Assembly: GCA_002269645.1 (NCBI GenBank) | Contig: NIVC01000364.1 | Coordinates: forward strand, 248,001 to 312,000 | Reading direction: 5' to 3' | Source: Macrostomum lignano | Taxonomy: Eukaryota | DNA length: 64,000 bases | Part shown: positions 42,387 through 54,978 of the stretch, one piece after another | Layout: every line of letters starts with the position of its first letter | Position numbering within the stretch: position 1 is the first letter of the stretch | Notes under the pieces: model-generated | What the model saw: the letters and a program-made list of their open reading frames with translations, nothing else | Database searches by the model: none | What the model was told of the DNA's origin: nothing | Made by a program: the position numbers and the translations under genes

Positions 42387-45300
42387 TCAGTGCAGGCCGC
42401 CGCGCATTCTGACGTAGTTCTTCAATAACGAGCCGAAATCGTTGGACGACGAGGACAAGGAGGGACCGCCGCCGCCGCCGAGGCTGCCGCCAGAAGCAGC
42501 GCCGCTGACGCCAGGGCTGCCAGACTTTTTGGCCGCACCCGACGCCTCAATTAGCAGGTCCTCAACTGGGCCAGATTCGGCTTCTACGCTGGGTAGAGAG
42601 TCTGAAAATTAATTTCACAGCTTTACTAGCATTTCTACTTGTAAGTAGGCTATAGTGACGATTCGCATCGCTTCTTAAAGCTACCATCGTGAGCGACCAC
42701 TGATACAGGCACAGCGGAACAGAATAGGAAGACAGAGAGGGCAGCTGCTCCTTAGTATTGGGATAGGAAGGTCCTGACCCCCTGACTATTGCTTTACTCG
42801 ATCTCTCCTGCGGCGCTTAGACTTCTCTTTGCGAGATCACAGAAATCTCTTCTGTGGCGCCAAAATCTCTCTTGTGGCGCTAAAATCTCTCCTGCGGCGC
42901 TTAGACTTCTCTTTGCGAGATCACAGAAATCTCTTCTGTGGCGCCAAAATCTTTCCTGCGGCGCTAAACTGTCTCCTGTGGCGCCAAAATGTCTCGTGTG
43001 GCGCTAAAATGTCTCCTGTAACGCTAAAATCTCTCCTGTGGCGCTAAATTCTCTCCTGCGGCGCTAAGATTTCTCTTTGCGGCGATAAAATCTCTCCCGT
43101 GCCGCTAAAATCTCTTTCCTGTGGCGCTAAGATTTCTCTTTGCGGCGATAAAATCTCTCCCGTGGCGCTAAAATCTCTCCCGTGCCGCTAAAATCTCTCC
43201 TGTGGCGCTAAAATCTCTCCTGTGGCGCTAAAATCTCTCCCGTGGCGCTAAAATCTCTCCCGTGCCGCTAAAATCTCTCCTGTGGCGCTAAAATCTCTCC
43301 TGTGGCGCTAAAATCTCTCCCGTGGCGCTAAAATCTCTCCCGTGCCGCTAAAATCTCTCCTGTGGCGCTAAAATCTTTCATGTGGCGCTAAAATCTCTTG
43401 TAGCGCTAAAATCTTCTCTGTGGCGCTAAAATGTCTCCTGTGGCGCCAAAATGTCTCCTGTGGCGCTAAAATCTCTCCTGCGGCGCTAAAATCTCTCCTA
43501 TGGCGCCAAAATCTCTTCTGCGGCGCCAAAATCACTCCTGTGGCGCCAAAATCTCTCCTGGGGCGCTAAAATCTCTCCTGTGGCGCTAAAATCTCTCCTG
43601 CGGCGCCAAAATCTCTCCTGCGGCGCTAAAATCTCTCCTGTGGCGCTAAAATCTCTCCTGCGGCGCCAAAATCTCTCCTGCGGCGCTAAAATCTCTCCTG
43701 TGGCGCTAAAGTCACTCCTGTGGCGCTAAAGTCACTCCTGTGGCGCTAAAATCTTTCCTGCGGTGCTAAAATCTTTCCCGCGGATTGACATTAGTCACAC
43801 CGTAGTTAAGAGAAAGAAACTAGTAATTCGCATTTCATGTACCGAAAAAGAAACTAGGTAATAATAAGTAGAACATTTTCTTGTTTTTCTATCTTTAGCT
43901 TCAAAGAAAACATTTTCAAAGAACTATTCAAAACAAGCTGTAAACGCAGAAGCACAAGCTATAGTTACAGGCCTAACGTAGCAGTTTAAGAAAGAGCAGA
44001 CCATATAGAATTGTTATTTTATTTTCTATACAGACAGACAGCTAAGCAGGACACACCTCCCTCAATTGCGGCGGCGCAAGCTCAAAGTAGCACGGTCAGA
44101 ATGTACACTGCGCGCACAGGGTCAAAGCTTGTTTTATTAACCCCCGCTTTCCCTCTCTTACCCAAGTCTGTGTACTGCTGACCCCTTAGATACTGCCATC
44201 GGCCGCCGAAGCCAACGTTTAACTGGCGAAACTCAGTCGCTTTTCGTAGGTCTGCAAGTGGCAACGGGAGGCGAATATGGATAAACTAAACTGTACGCAC
44301 AGTACGATGCACTCAGCTCAGTGTGCCCGCGCAGTTCTAATAAGAATTGAGAGCGGAATGGAGCAGATTCTTCAGGTGGAATAGGGGGAATTCTATGCGG
44401 AATGGAGCAGATCCTTCAGGTGGAATGGGGGGAATTCTATGCGGAATTGAGCAGATCCTTCAGGTGGAATAGGGGGAATTCTATGCGGAATGAAGCAGAT
44501 CCTTCAGGTGGAATGGGGGGAATTCTATGCGGAATTGAGCAGATCCTTCAGGTGGAATAGGGGGAATTCTATGCGGAATGGAGCAGATCCTTCAGGTGGA
44601 ATGGGGGGAATTCTATGCGGAATGGAGCAGATCCTTCAGGTGGAATGGGGGGAATTCTATGCGGAATGGAGCAGATCCTTCAGGTGGAATGGGGGGAATT
44701 CTATGCGGAATGGAGCACATCCTTTAGGTGGAATGGGGGGAATTCTATGCGGAATGGAGCAGATCCTTCGGGGGGAATGGGGGGAATTCTATGCGGAATG
44801 GAGCAGATCCTTCGGGGGGAATGGGGGGAATTCTATGCGGAATGGAGCAGATCCTTCAGGGGGAATGGGGGAATTCTATGCGGAATGGAGCAGATCCTTC
44901 AGGGGGAATGGGGGGAATTCTATGCGGAATGGATCAGATCCTTCTGGTGGAATGGGGGGAATTCTATGTGGAATGGAGCAGATCCTTCAGGAGGAATAGG
45001 GGGAATTCTATGCGGAATGGAGCAGTTCCTTCAGGTGAAATGGGGGAATTTTATGCGGAATGGAGCAGATCCTTCAGGTGGAATGGGGGCATTTTATGCG
45101 GAATGGAGCAGATCCTTCAGGTGGAATGGGGGAATTTTATGCGGAATGGAGCAGATCCTTCAGGTGGAATGGGGGGAATTTTATGCGGAATGGAGCAGAT
45201 CGTTCAGGTGGAATGGGGGGAATTCTATGTGGAATGGAGCAGATCCTTCAGGTGGAATGGGGGAAATTTTATGCGGAATGGAGCAGATCCTTCAGGTGGA

Positions 45301-48300
45301 ATGGGGGCAATTCTATGTGGAATGGAGCAGATCCTTCAGGAGTAAGAGGGGGAATTCTATGCGGAATGGAGCAGATCCTTCAGGTGGAATGGGGGAATTT
45401 TATGCGGAATGGAGCAATCCTTCAGGTGGAATAGGGGGAGTTCTATTCGGAATGGAGCCGATCCTTTAGGTGGAATAGGGGGAATTCTATGCGGAATGGA
45501 GCAGATCCTTCAGGAGGAATAGGGGGAATTCTATGCGGAATGGAGCAGATCCTTCAGGTGGAATGGGGGCATTTTATGCGGAATGGAACAGATCCTTCAG
45601 GTGGAATGGGGGCATTTTATGCGGAATGGAGCAGATCCTTCAGGTGGAATGGGGGGAATTTTATGCGGAATGGAGCAGATCCTTCAGGAGGAATAGGGGG
45701 AATTCTATGCGGAATGGAGCAGATCCTTCAGGAGGAATAGGGGGAATTCTATGCGGAATGGAGCAGATCCTTCAGATGGAATGGGGGCAATTCTATGTGG
45801 AATGGAGCAGATCCTTCAGGAGGAATAGGGGGAATTCTATGCGGAATGGAGCAGATCCTTCAGGAGGAATAGGGGGAATTCTATGCGGAATGGAGCAGAT
45901 CCTTCAGGAGGAATAGGGGGAATTCTATGCGGAATGGAGCAGATCCTTCAGGAGGAATAGGGGGAATTCTATGCGGAATGGAGCAGATCCTTCAGATGGA
46001 ATGGGGGAATTCTATGCGGAATGAAGCAGATCCTTCAGGAGGAATGGGGGGAATTCTATGTGGAATGGAACAGATCCTTCAGGAGGAATAGGGGGAATTC
46101 TATGCGGAATGGAGCAGATCCCTCAGGTGGAATGGGGGGAATTCTATGCGGAATGGAGCAGATCCTTCAGGGGGAATAGGGGGAATTCTATGTGGAATGG
46201 AGCAGATCCTTCAGGGGGAATGGGGGGAATTCTATGCGGAATGGAGCAGATCCTTCAGAGGGAATGGGAGGAGAATCAGATGCAGATATAAATCAGATTG
46301 ACAAGCTCACAGTCGTAGGCGGCATAGGCGTCCCTCCTGTGCAGGAAGTACACGAACGCGTAGCTGTCTAAATGCCGATGAAATCGTGTCTTAACAGAAA
46401 TCTCTCTAATTGGACCTAAGCCGCGGCCTTTAAATATATTATGCAACTCTTTCTCTGGATCAGTCCACTCCTTTGGCAGGTGGCCGATAAATAGAATCCG
46501 GCGCTGCTGCACCTCCTCTTCGTCGCCGCTGTTGGGAGATAAGAACGAGGTGGGATAGATTTAGGTTTAGAATTAGATTTAGGTTTAGGTTTAGTTCGGA
46601 TTTGCTTAATAGGGATGAAGTAACAAAGGAACCGGGCCGGACACAAACATGAAGAGGGGCACAGTGGAGTGGATACAAGCACACCAAAGACAGAGTGAAG
46701 TGGATACAAGCACACCAAAGACACAGTGGAGTGGATACAAGCACACCAAAGACACAGTGGAGTGGATACAAGCACACCAAAGACAGAGTGAAGTGGATAC
46801 AAGCACACCAAAGACACAGTGGAGTGGATACAAGCACACCAAAGACAGAGTGAAGTGGATACAAGCACACCAAAGACACAGTGGAGTGGATACAAGCACA
46901 CCAAAGACACAGTGGAGTGGATACAAGCACACCAAAGACACAGTGGAGTAGATACAAGCACACCAAAGACAGAGTGAAGTGGATACAAGCACACCAAAAA
47001 CACTGTGGAGTGGATACAAGCACACCAAAGACAGAGTGAAGTGGATACAAGCACACCAAAGACACAGTGGAGTGGATACAAGCACACCAAAGCCACAGTG
47101 GAGTGGATACAAGCACACCAAAGACACAGTGGAGTGGATACAAGCACACCAAAGCCACAGTGGAGTGGATACAAGCACACCAAAGACACAGTGGAGTGGA
47201 TACAAGCACACCAAAGCCACAGTGGAGTGGATACAAGCACACCAAAGACACAGTGGAGTGGATACAAGCACACCAAAGCCACAGTGGAGTGGATACAAGC
47301 ACACCAAAGACACAGTGGAGTGGATACAAGCACACCAACGACAGAGTGGAGTGGATACAAGCACACCAAAGCCACAGTGGAGTGGATACAAGCACACCAA
47401 AGCCACAGTGGAGTGGATACAAGCACACCAAAGCCACACAGTGGAGTGGATACAAGCACACCAAAGCCACAAGTGGAGTGGATACACACACAAAAGGAAG
47501 GGCGGATACAAGCTTACAGAGGCGCTTTGTTTAATCTTAGAGGATTAGGAAGCAATCAAATTATAAATAATTAATAGAAAACAGATTTAATAAAATGCAA
47601 GCACACTAAATCCGAACTCAGTGCTCTTAGGCCATCTCTAAAAGATCGTTCGTGACTAATCCTTTTGGACAGGATTTTATATCTAGCTACAATATTCAAA
47701 GCCAAAAGCACACTTACTGAATAGGGTAATCCCGTTTAAAGATTGAGCTAGCGCTATTCTGCTCATCATTGGCGGCCGTCTCGGCGCAATCCTTCTCTGC
47801 TACCTCCTCTAGCCGCTGTTTCGCCTGTCCGCTATCCCACAGTGTGGAGTTGGTGAACTCCTGGGCATAGCCGGGCAGGCGGGAACAGGTGCCAGCTTCC
47901 GGCGCTTCTTCCCGCGTTGCGGACGCGGACAGGCAATCATTGGCGCCGTTGGACCTGGCTATGGCCTGGTGCACCAGCACGGGCTTGTCGTTGCACGGTA
48001 CAACCTTTGAGCCTGTGCTAAGAGTAGTCAGATAGCTTGGCACCTTGTCTAACACGTTAGCAGATGTGCAGCTGGACTCAGCGGAGGCTTGATTGCCATT
48101 GCCAGCAAGGCGTTCACGATCTGTTGCGCCAGCAGCTCCCGCCGAGGCGCGAACATTCTTACTCGAAGAAGAAGTTCTCTTCTTCTTTCGCGAGTTGCTA
48201 GGAAGCGTTGAGGAAGAGGAGGAGGAGGAGGCGGTTAGCGGTTGTTGCTGCTTGTTTGAGGAAGGCCTGCGCCGCTTTGCCGGCGGCTCTTTGAAGCTCA

Positions 48301-49139
48301 AAGACGTTGATGAAGCCGGACGGGAGTCTGCAACAAACATTGCTTCATCTTCCGCCTGAAGCGATGGCGGCGTCGAATCCACCGCCGACTCGGTCGGACC
48401 GTCGTCAAGGACGAAATCTCCGGGGAAGAGCTCCGGATGCGTAGGGGGATCCCACATGGTGTCTAGGTCTAAAATGTTGTTTTCAGCTAAGAGATTAAGA
48501 TCAATCTCTGTTAATGTATTGAAGGAGTAACTTAATTACATAGCAAATCTTTGATGCCAAAACAGAGATGCATCAAAACAGGCTGAAGGCTCATGTAAAG
48601 AAAATGTGCTCAATTTTTATGCTGATGTTCAAGCGTGCTTAATTGGAAAAAAATCTTAGTTTTGGAGAATTCTTAGCTCCATTTAACTTAGATGGATCTG
48701 GTCTGGGAATTTAACCAACCAGAAGTTTGTCTATAAATAATTTTGAGAAGCTATCGCATATACTATAAACTAGCGATTATTTTTTTATAAATTAAACTGC
48801 TTCCTAAACTAGTGTCTATTCAGATTTTACTATACACGTTAGTTAGCCAATTTCTGGCAGGCAAATTCTGGCTGGTAAACAACTGACTAACTAACATTTC
48901 TATCCTAAATGGTGCAATGTTGAGCCCTGAGTCTTTTGGCTAAAAAGCTCATTAAAAAACCCCGAATAGGTTGATTGCTTACCACAAGACACTATTCCAT
49001 CAGTGCATTGCCTGTCAATCAAATTAATTGGACAACCAATTGTTGATTGATCAAACAATACATTTGGCAACAGATCTTGACTGCCGTGACTACTACTGCT
49101 GTGGCTACTGCTGCTGCCACTATGGTGATCGAAATTCAT
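42387..49139 (-). CDS. PPARGC1: PGC-1/PPRC1/Spargel-like coactivator with C-terminal RRM, ~489 aa; exons 49139-48983, 48507-47718, 46528-46311, 44251-44162, 42601-42387
   Basis: Five exons join in phase with GT-AG sites. C-terminus EEVQQRRILFIG...DSYAFVYF..RRDAYAAYD...FGGRWQYLRGQQYTDLDS...NDFGSLLK parallels the recalled PGC-1alpha EERRVIYVG...DSYGFITY...DAFAALE...FCGRKQFFKSNYADLDS...DFDSLLK. Acidic N-terminus and Ser-rich/basic middle. Confidence 0.75.
42790..43780. repeat. Minisatellite, 20-bp unit TGTGGCGCTAAAATCTCTCC (PGC-1-like intron 4)
   Basis: Visible array. Confidence 0.95.
44355..46270. repeat. Minisatellite, ~44-bp unit GGAATGGAGCAGATCCTTCAGGTGGAATGGGGGGAATTCTATGC (PGC-1-like intron 3)
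   Basis: Visible array; explains ORFs at 44490-46291. Confidence 0.97.
46655..47485. repeat. Minisatellite, 31-bp unit GTGGAGTGGATACAAGCACACCAAAGACACA (PGC-1-like intron 2)
   Basis: Visible array; explains the Cys-rich ORFs at 46416-47574. Confidence 0.97.
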
Positions 49140-52100
49140 CTGAAATTGGTCAATTTAGTATAGAAATAAAATAAGGAAATTCATTTTTTGCATAGCTTGT
49201 AATTGGTAACAGCATGCAATCATAAATAAAACCACTTGCTAAAATATTTGGATTTGTAACCTAGTTGATGAAAACTTGTAATTTGCCTCCAAATTTTTCT
49301 AACAGATTTTAAAATGATTTTTCTAACATCAGCTAAAGCACATTGCTAAAATATTTAAAGTATTTTCTCTCCATGGACAAATTTTCTAACATTATGTAAT
49401 TGTCTTTTTGCACTAAAATTAATAATATAACTATAGACATCACATAATAGTTGCTTGTCTTTTGCCTAATATAGCATTTCCCAGTCAATAGCATGGTATA
49501 CATAGTCAGTTTCTAGATTCCTACAATCTGGTTTGCAGAATTTTTCTGTCCATCATCAATTGTGCAAAAAGTGCAAACAGTTTTGCACATTTGTCTGCAC
49601 TATTGATTTACTATATTTTAATTTTTCCTTATCTACTTGAAACCAATTTAGCTTCACATTGTACCAACCAATACAGTGCAATCAATATTGTGTGCAGCAA
49701 TCTTGTTTGCACATGTAGAAATCATTATTGAGTCTAGCAATCAATTTAGTTATTATATAATTCATACCTTTAAAACTTAATGACTACTATTGCTGGCATG
49801 TTGTAGCATTCAATGGACTTAGCGCTTTCTGTGATCTATTCAACTCATATCTCAAAATGGCTATGTTACTCAATACGACAATAGTCACTATTTTATTTTG
49901 CACTGAAAATTTATTCTTATGATTTAATATGGCTGAGCAAGTCCATAGAAACAAAATGACAAATACTAATCAGCAATGATTAGTTGATGCCTTTGAAGCT
50001 AACAGAGACTAGGTGCTAGCTAATGTCCTTAAATATCAAGAATTCTAATCCAAGTAGGCAGAACTGCTTTAGATATCATTACTATTAAGAAGTGTCAAAA
50101 CTGGTGTGGCCATTGTGCCACTATATACCTATGATTTGCCAAAATATTAGGTTGCCAAAATGTTATATATCTAGACTAGACAATTCAAAACTACAATAAA
50201 AAGGCTATCAACAAAGGACTTACTTACATATATATATATTTAATCTAACATATTATATAAGGGCCTAAGCCTAATTGGAAAAAATAAGAAAGTTATAAAG
50301 CAAAACTGTTTTGCCAAATTTTACTAAAGTTTGTTTTGTTTTGTTTTGTATTTTGACAGTTTGTTCAATTTTATTAAAACAAAACTTTGCTACATTTAAA
50401 TTCAAGCAAGGACAAAAATAAGTGGATTTAATATCTAATGCTATATGCCTATATAATTATAACATTTAACTTTGTTGAGCCAATTTTAATGATCCAGAAC
50501 TTTTTGAAATCAGGAAAAGTCACAAAGTGTAGGCCTACTGTACATCAGACTTGGAGTTGTAAAGATTCATAGGCCTAACTTTTATTTAATTCAAAAACCT
50601 TACAAGCATCCCTAATATTGGCGCCCTCTAAAATGTATCCGCCTGTGTGCTGTGCAGGCCTACTGTATACTAATTAATTATTGTAATTAATTAGGCTAGG
50701 ACCTTAGGGCCTATTAGTATTTAAATTTAAGACTAATTCCCAGGTTAAGATTCCTTATTCTTTCTGTCAATGTACAGGGTGAATTTTTAATCCTCGGCTA
50801 TCCATAGTTGACAGCAATGGATAAATTTTGCGGATAAATATGAGAGTACCTTAGACTTAGACCCTACAGTTACCAGACCAATTGAGGGGCCCGAGGAGCT
50901 AGCTCATCACAGCTCCGTGGGCGCGTACGTACTCAGCATTAGTATTAGTAGTAGTAAGTTGGCTCAGGCAAGAAGCCTGTTTGGCCAGTATATTTCTGTG
51001 TATTTAAGATATTTTAGCATTAGTTGTTTAATTACGATTAAGTTCAAAAGGTTAAATTTGTTCAAAAGGTTAAATTTTTACACGAGTTACGATGCGAGTT
51101 ACGATATTTGTAAAATTATTAAGGTATTTGAAAGAGCGTTTTTTTGTAAAAAGATGTAGTATTTTGCAAGCGCGCGATATTTCAAAGCGTGAAAAACGAA
51201 CATGAACATACTTCGAAAGAACTTTACGTTTAACGAATAACGACGATTTAAATAGGTATTAGAAGATGGGAAACTAATTAAATACTAATTAAATAGGAAA
51301 TTAAAAAGACAGTAAATGAAAAAACAAATGAAAAGCGGATTTATTACACTGCTGATATATCTGTTTCAGTTTGCATAACTGTTTTAGCTATTCATGACTT
51401 CATATATTTTAGCTACACCAGTGAGCATATATATAGAGAAGTCATTTCATATTTTATCATTAATAAGGTTATTTTTTAAACAAAATTTCGAACTATCTTT
51501 TTCATTTTATTGTTCACAGTCTCATTTTAAGAAAGTAAGCTATTATAAAAACGTAGGGCTGACTTACCGAATTTTCTTTATTTGTGTATAAAAAGTATTT
51601 CTTTATTGACACCAGCGATATTGAATTATTTTAATACTGACATAATTTCTTTAAATGCGGACCGGTAGCATCAGATCAGATACTTCAATTCAACCTTTTT
51701 CGCTCCAGTTGGCGTTATATGATATTTATAGTTATGATATAATTGAATGTATTATTATTTAAGCATCTTATCGATAGAAACATCAAGCCACTGTAGTATT
51801 TTTCTTACATTTATAATGTTGTTGTCAGTGGGAAGGTAACTACACTATGTATAATTCCTAAAACACAAATTACCTAATCAATCAATTCTTATCTTAGCAA
51901 TGTACATTCTGAACTAACTTACCCATTGGCTTGTAATTTAATATATATTGATTATTACTTTTTTTATTTATTTATATAAATCTATTTAGTAATTACATTT
52001 TAAACTAAATCCAAGGATGTTTTCTCTACCATTTTGGCTAATATTTCAAGTTTTGGCATTTGCTATACATATTTTTTTTCCTAACAGAAATTGATGACCT

Positions 52101-54978
52101 TTTTGCCACAAAGAAGGCAATATTGTTTCTCTCCCAACTCCATCATAGTTCATTGATTGCTATAAGGTATAACCACTATTTGTTAGTCTTGCTATACTTT
52201 TATTAGTCTAATGTCAGGCACTAATAAAATTTATTATTTTGCTAGTATTGAATTACTGACTAGGCCTAGGGGCCTTAGAATAGAAATAAAGTAGGTTAAT
52301 AGGCCTATTTTTGAAAATATTTACAGATTGTAGTAATGTAATATAGGCTTTAGATAAGTCTTATAGGGTTATAGGCCCTGGCAATAGTAAATAGGATAAA
52401 ATAATATTTTGCTTGACAGTCTCTTACTATCTATTAATTTATTATATAATTATCTTTCACTAAGACTAAGTTATTTATAGCTCTTTACTTATATAGCATA
52501 ATGATTCATTTTAGTTTGAAAAGTATTGCAACTTTCTTAGTCATTTCTTTGATTCAGCTTTACTTGTCTCTGTTTATTTATTCTATTTCTCCCTTTGTTT
52601 AGTTCAATCCTATTTGTCACATTTTTGGCGTAGTGGCTAGGACCCTTAAAAGGGCCAGTTGACGAGAATTGTCGTAAGTCATTATAGTCCCAAAATGAAT
52701 CGAAGTCAATTCTTGCAAAATGGATTGTGTAGCGGAGCACTTGGTGTATAAGGGCAGGAAACTGCCATAGTTAATTTATTGTTAAGATCAATATTAGAAC
52801 TGGTTAATGTCAATACAAAACTTATTGCGCTTTGGGACACTGGCGGCTGCAACAATGGTTTTGAAGGTAATTTAGAATGATGAAGTTGAGTAGCAGACAA
52901 AGGATACAATGGTGATGCAATGTGGTGGGTGATGGCGATGAGCACAGTGGAAGCAGTGAGTAGCAAGTAGATGGGCAGATAAGTAGTGGCGAGAATGGCA
53001 TTAGCCATGGCAGTACACAGTGGAGTAACGGTGTGTAAACAGGCGGGCCCAGACAAAGGAGCCATGGCGAGAGATAAGGAGGCTCAAGGCAGCCAGGCAA
53101 GAGAAGGAAAACGAGATGAAAACACAAGGGCTGCAAGCGAAGATCCCCCCAGGCTGCCGCCAGGCGGGGGTTAATAAAGGGGCACAGAAGGGTTAGCATA
53201 AAACATGGAGAGTTTTCATTGGCTGGCAGGAGAACTTGAAATTATCGATCATGCTAGATTTTATAGACGAACGCAAGGTTTACCAAATACACAGTGAATT
53301 AGCAATTGATACAGATTAGTTGCACGCTACTACAAGTAAACGTTGAAATAAACTATTGGAGAAATTTAAGTGAGAAATTGCAAAGGAAACTACAGTCCAA
53401 CGGCCCTTTTGCGGACCACTTATACTAGCAACGTCACATATTATTCCCTTTCTCTCCCTTCCTGTTTTCTAATTGGCTGCTGGAATATAAACTCAAATTT
53501 ATATCTAGTTATCTTATTATTTTCTTTATATGGCACCAAATCTAAAAACAAACCCAATAAGATATAGTTTATAAGTGATAACTCAGCTAGCCGGCTTTGT
53601 TTGCCATTGTCAAATATGTTATCTCATCATTATTTCATCATTTTATTATTGTTGCCCATTGTCTTATATGCTGGCCTCTCATAGCCTTGTCTGCCAGCCT
53701 CTCATTACCTTGTTTACTAGTCTATTATCATCCATTTGCTAGCCTTTTCTCAGCTCTTATTGTTTTGTATATCAGCTTCTTAGTTTTTTTGCTAGATGTC
53801 TCTTTTAACTCAGACTATCAGTCTTGTCTTTGTAGTTAAGTACTGTCAACATATTTGTTCCCAACTTAGGTTGTTGGTCTTATCTTCAGAGTTGGTATTA
53901 GAATAATTGTCTCTCTACTTGGGCTGTCACTTTTGTCATTGGAGTTGGTGCTAGTGACATATTCACATTTCTATTGGAAATGCTATCAGTCTTGTCTTTA
54001 GAGTTAGTGTCAGCAGTCTATCTTGCTAATCTCTCTTGCAAATTTACTAAGTTCCATTCTTTCTTGTTAGTCTCTAGTCTCATTCATTCTTTCTATCAAT
54101 TTATCACTTCACATCTCATTCATTATATTCAATTGACAATATATTTGTTTATTTCTAAACTATACTAGCCATCAACAATTAAAAATAAAGAAACAAAGAA
54201 AAAATATATAATTCAGTTTATCATTACAACAATTTATTCATTTAAAATTTAACAAAACTATATCTTATACTTTTTCTATCATTTTGTCAATCATTAAAAT
54301 ATGAAAGAATTTTTTAATTCACTTTTTAATTTGATTCTGCTTAATTTTAATTCAAATTTCAATTGGTATTTATATATTTATAGATGTATGAAAGTGTTGA
54401 AACTTTCTTAGTCATTTTTGTGTTTCGCTTTCACTGGGCTCTATTTATTGTGTTTTCTTTCTCTGTGTGTCCAGTTCAATCTTGTTATTCCTCTCTCTCT
54501 CTCCCTTGTTGCCAAAGGGCAAATGACACAAACAGGGTATTCTGTCTATAATTTTTTCCTTGGCTCATTTTTACTTTTCATTATTTTATAGTTGTATTTC
54601 ATTAGAAAAATATTGAATGTTTAGTTATCACCGTTTTGTTTGTAAATTAAAAATGTCTTAATATATATTTGTCATAATCTTGAGTCAAAGATTTGCAAAA
54701 ATTATTGTCATAAGCCTTTACAACATATTTTGCCTTAGTTTTTCTAAGGCTAAGTTTGTATGATTAGGTAGTGCCACATGGAATCACATAAAATTGTATT
54801 TATTGAAACAATAAAGGTTGTTTTCAGTGCATATGTCAAGTGTCAATTTTTGATTTACAAAGCTATTGATTTTTATTACTTACTAGTCCATCACCATTTT
54901 TTAAATTTTTATTTGTGTTTTTTCTTTCCAGGCTTTCTTCCAATAAATTTGGTGAAGCCAAACAGTCCAGCCCAGAAC

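Noticed and set aside
49920-50060. Possible decayed Tc1/IS630-like transposase start (LVDAFEANRD)
   Set aside because: Multiple stops, no TIRs or DDE motif recognised; resemblance too weak to support without a search.
52537-53199. GC-richer minus-strand ORFs (119 and 125 aa) as a gene, or as upstream exons of the PGC-1-like gene
   Set aside because: No recognisable domain or convincing splice linkage; more likely a decayed retroelement fragment. A BLASTX would decide.
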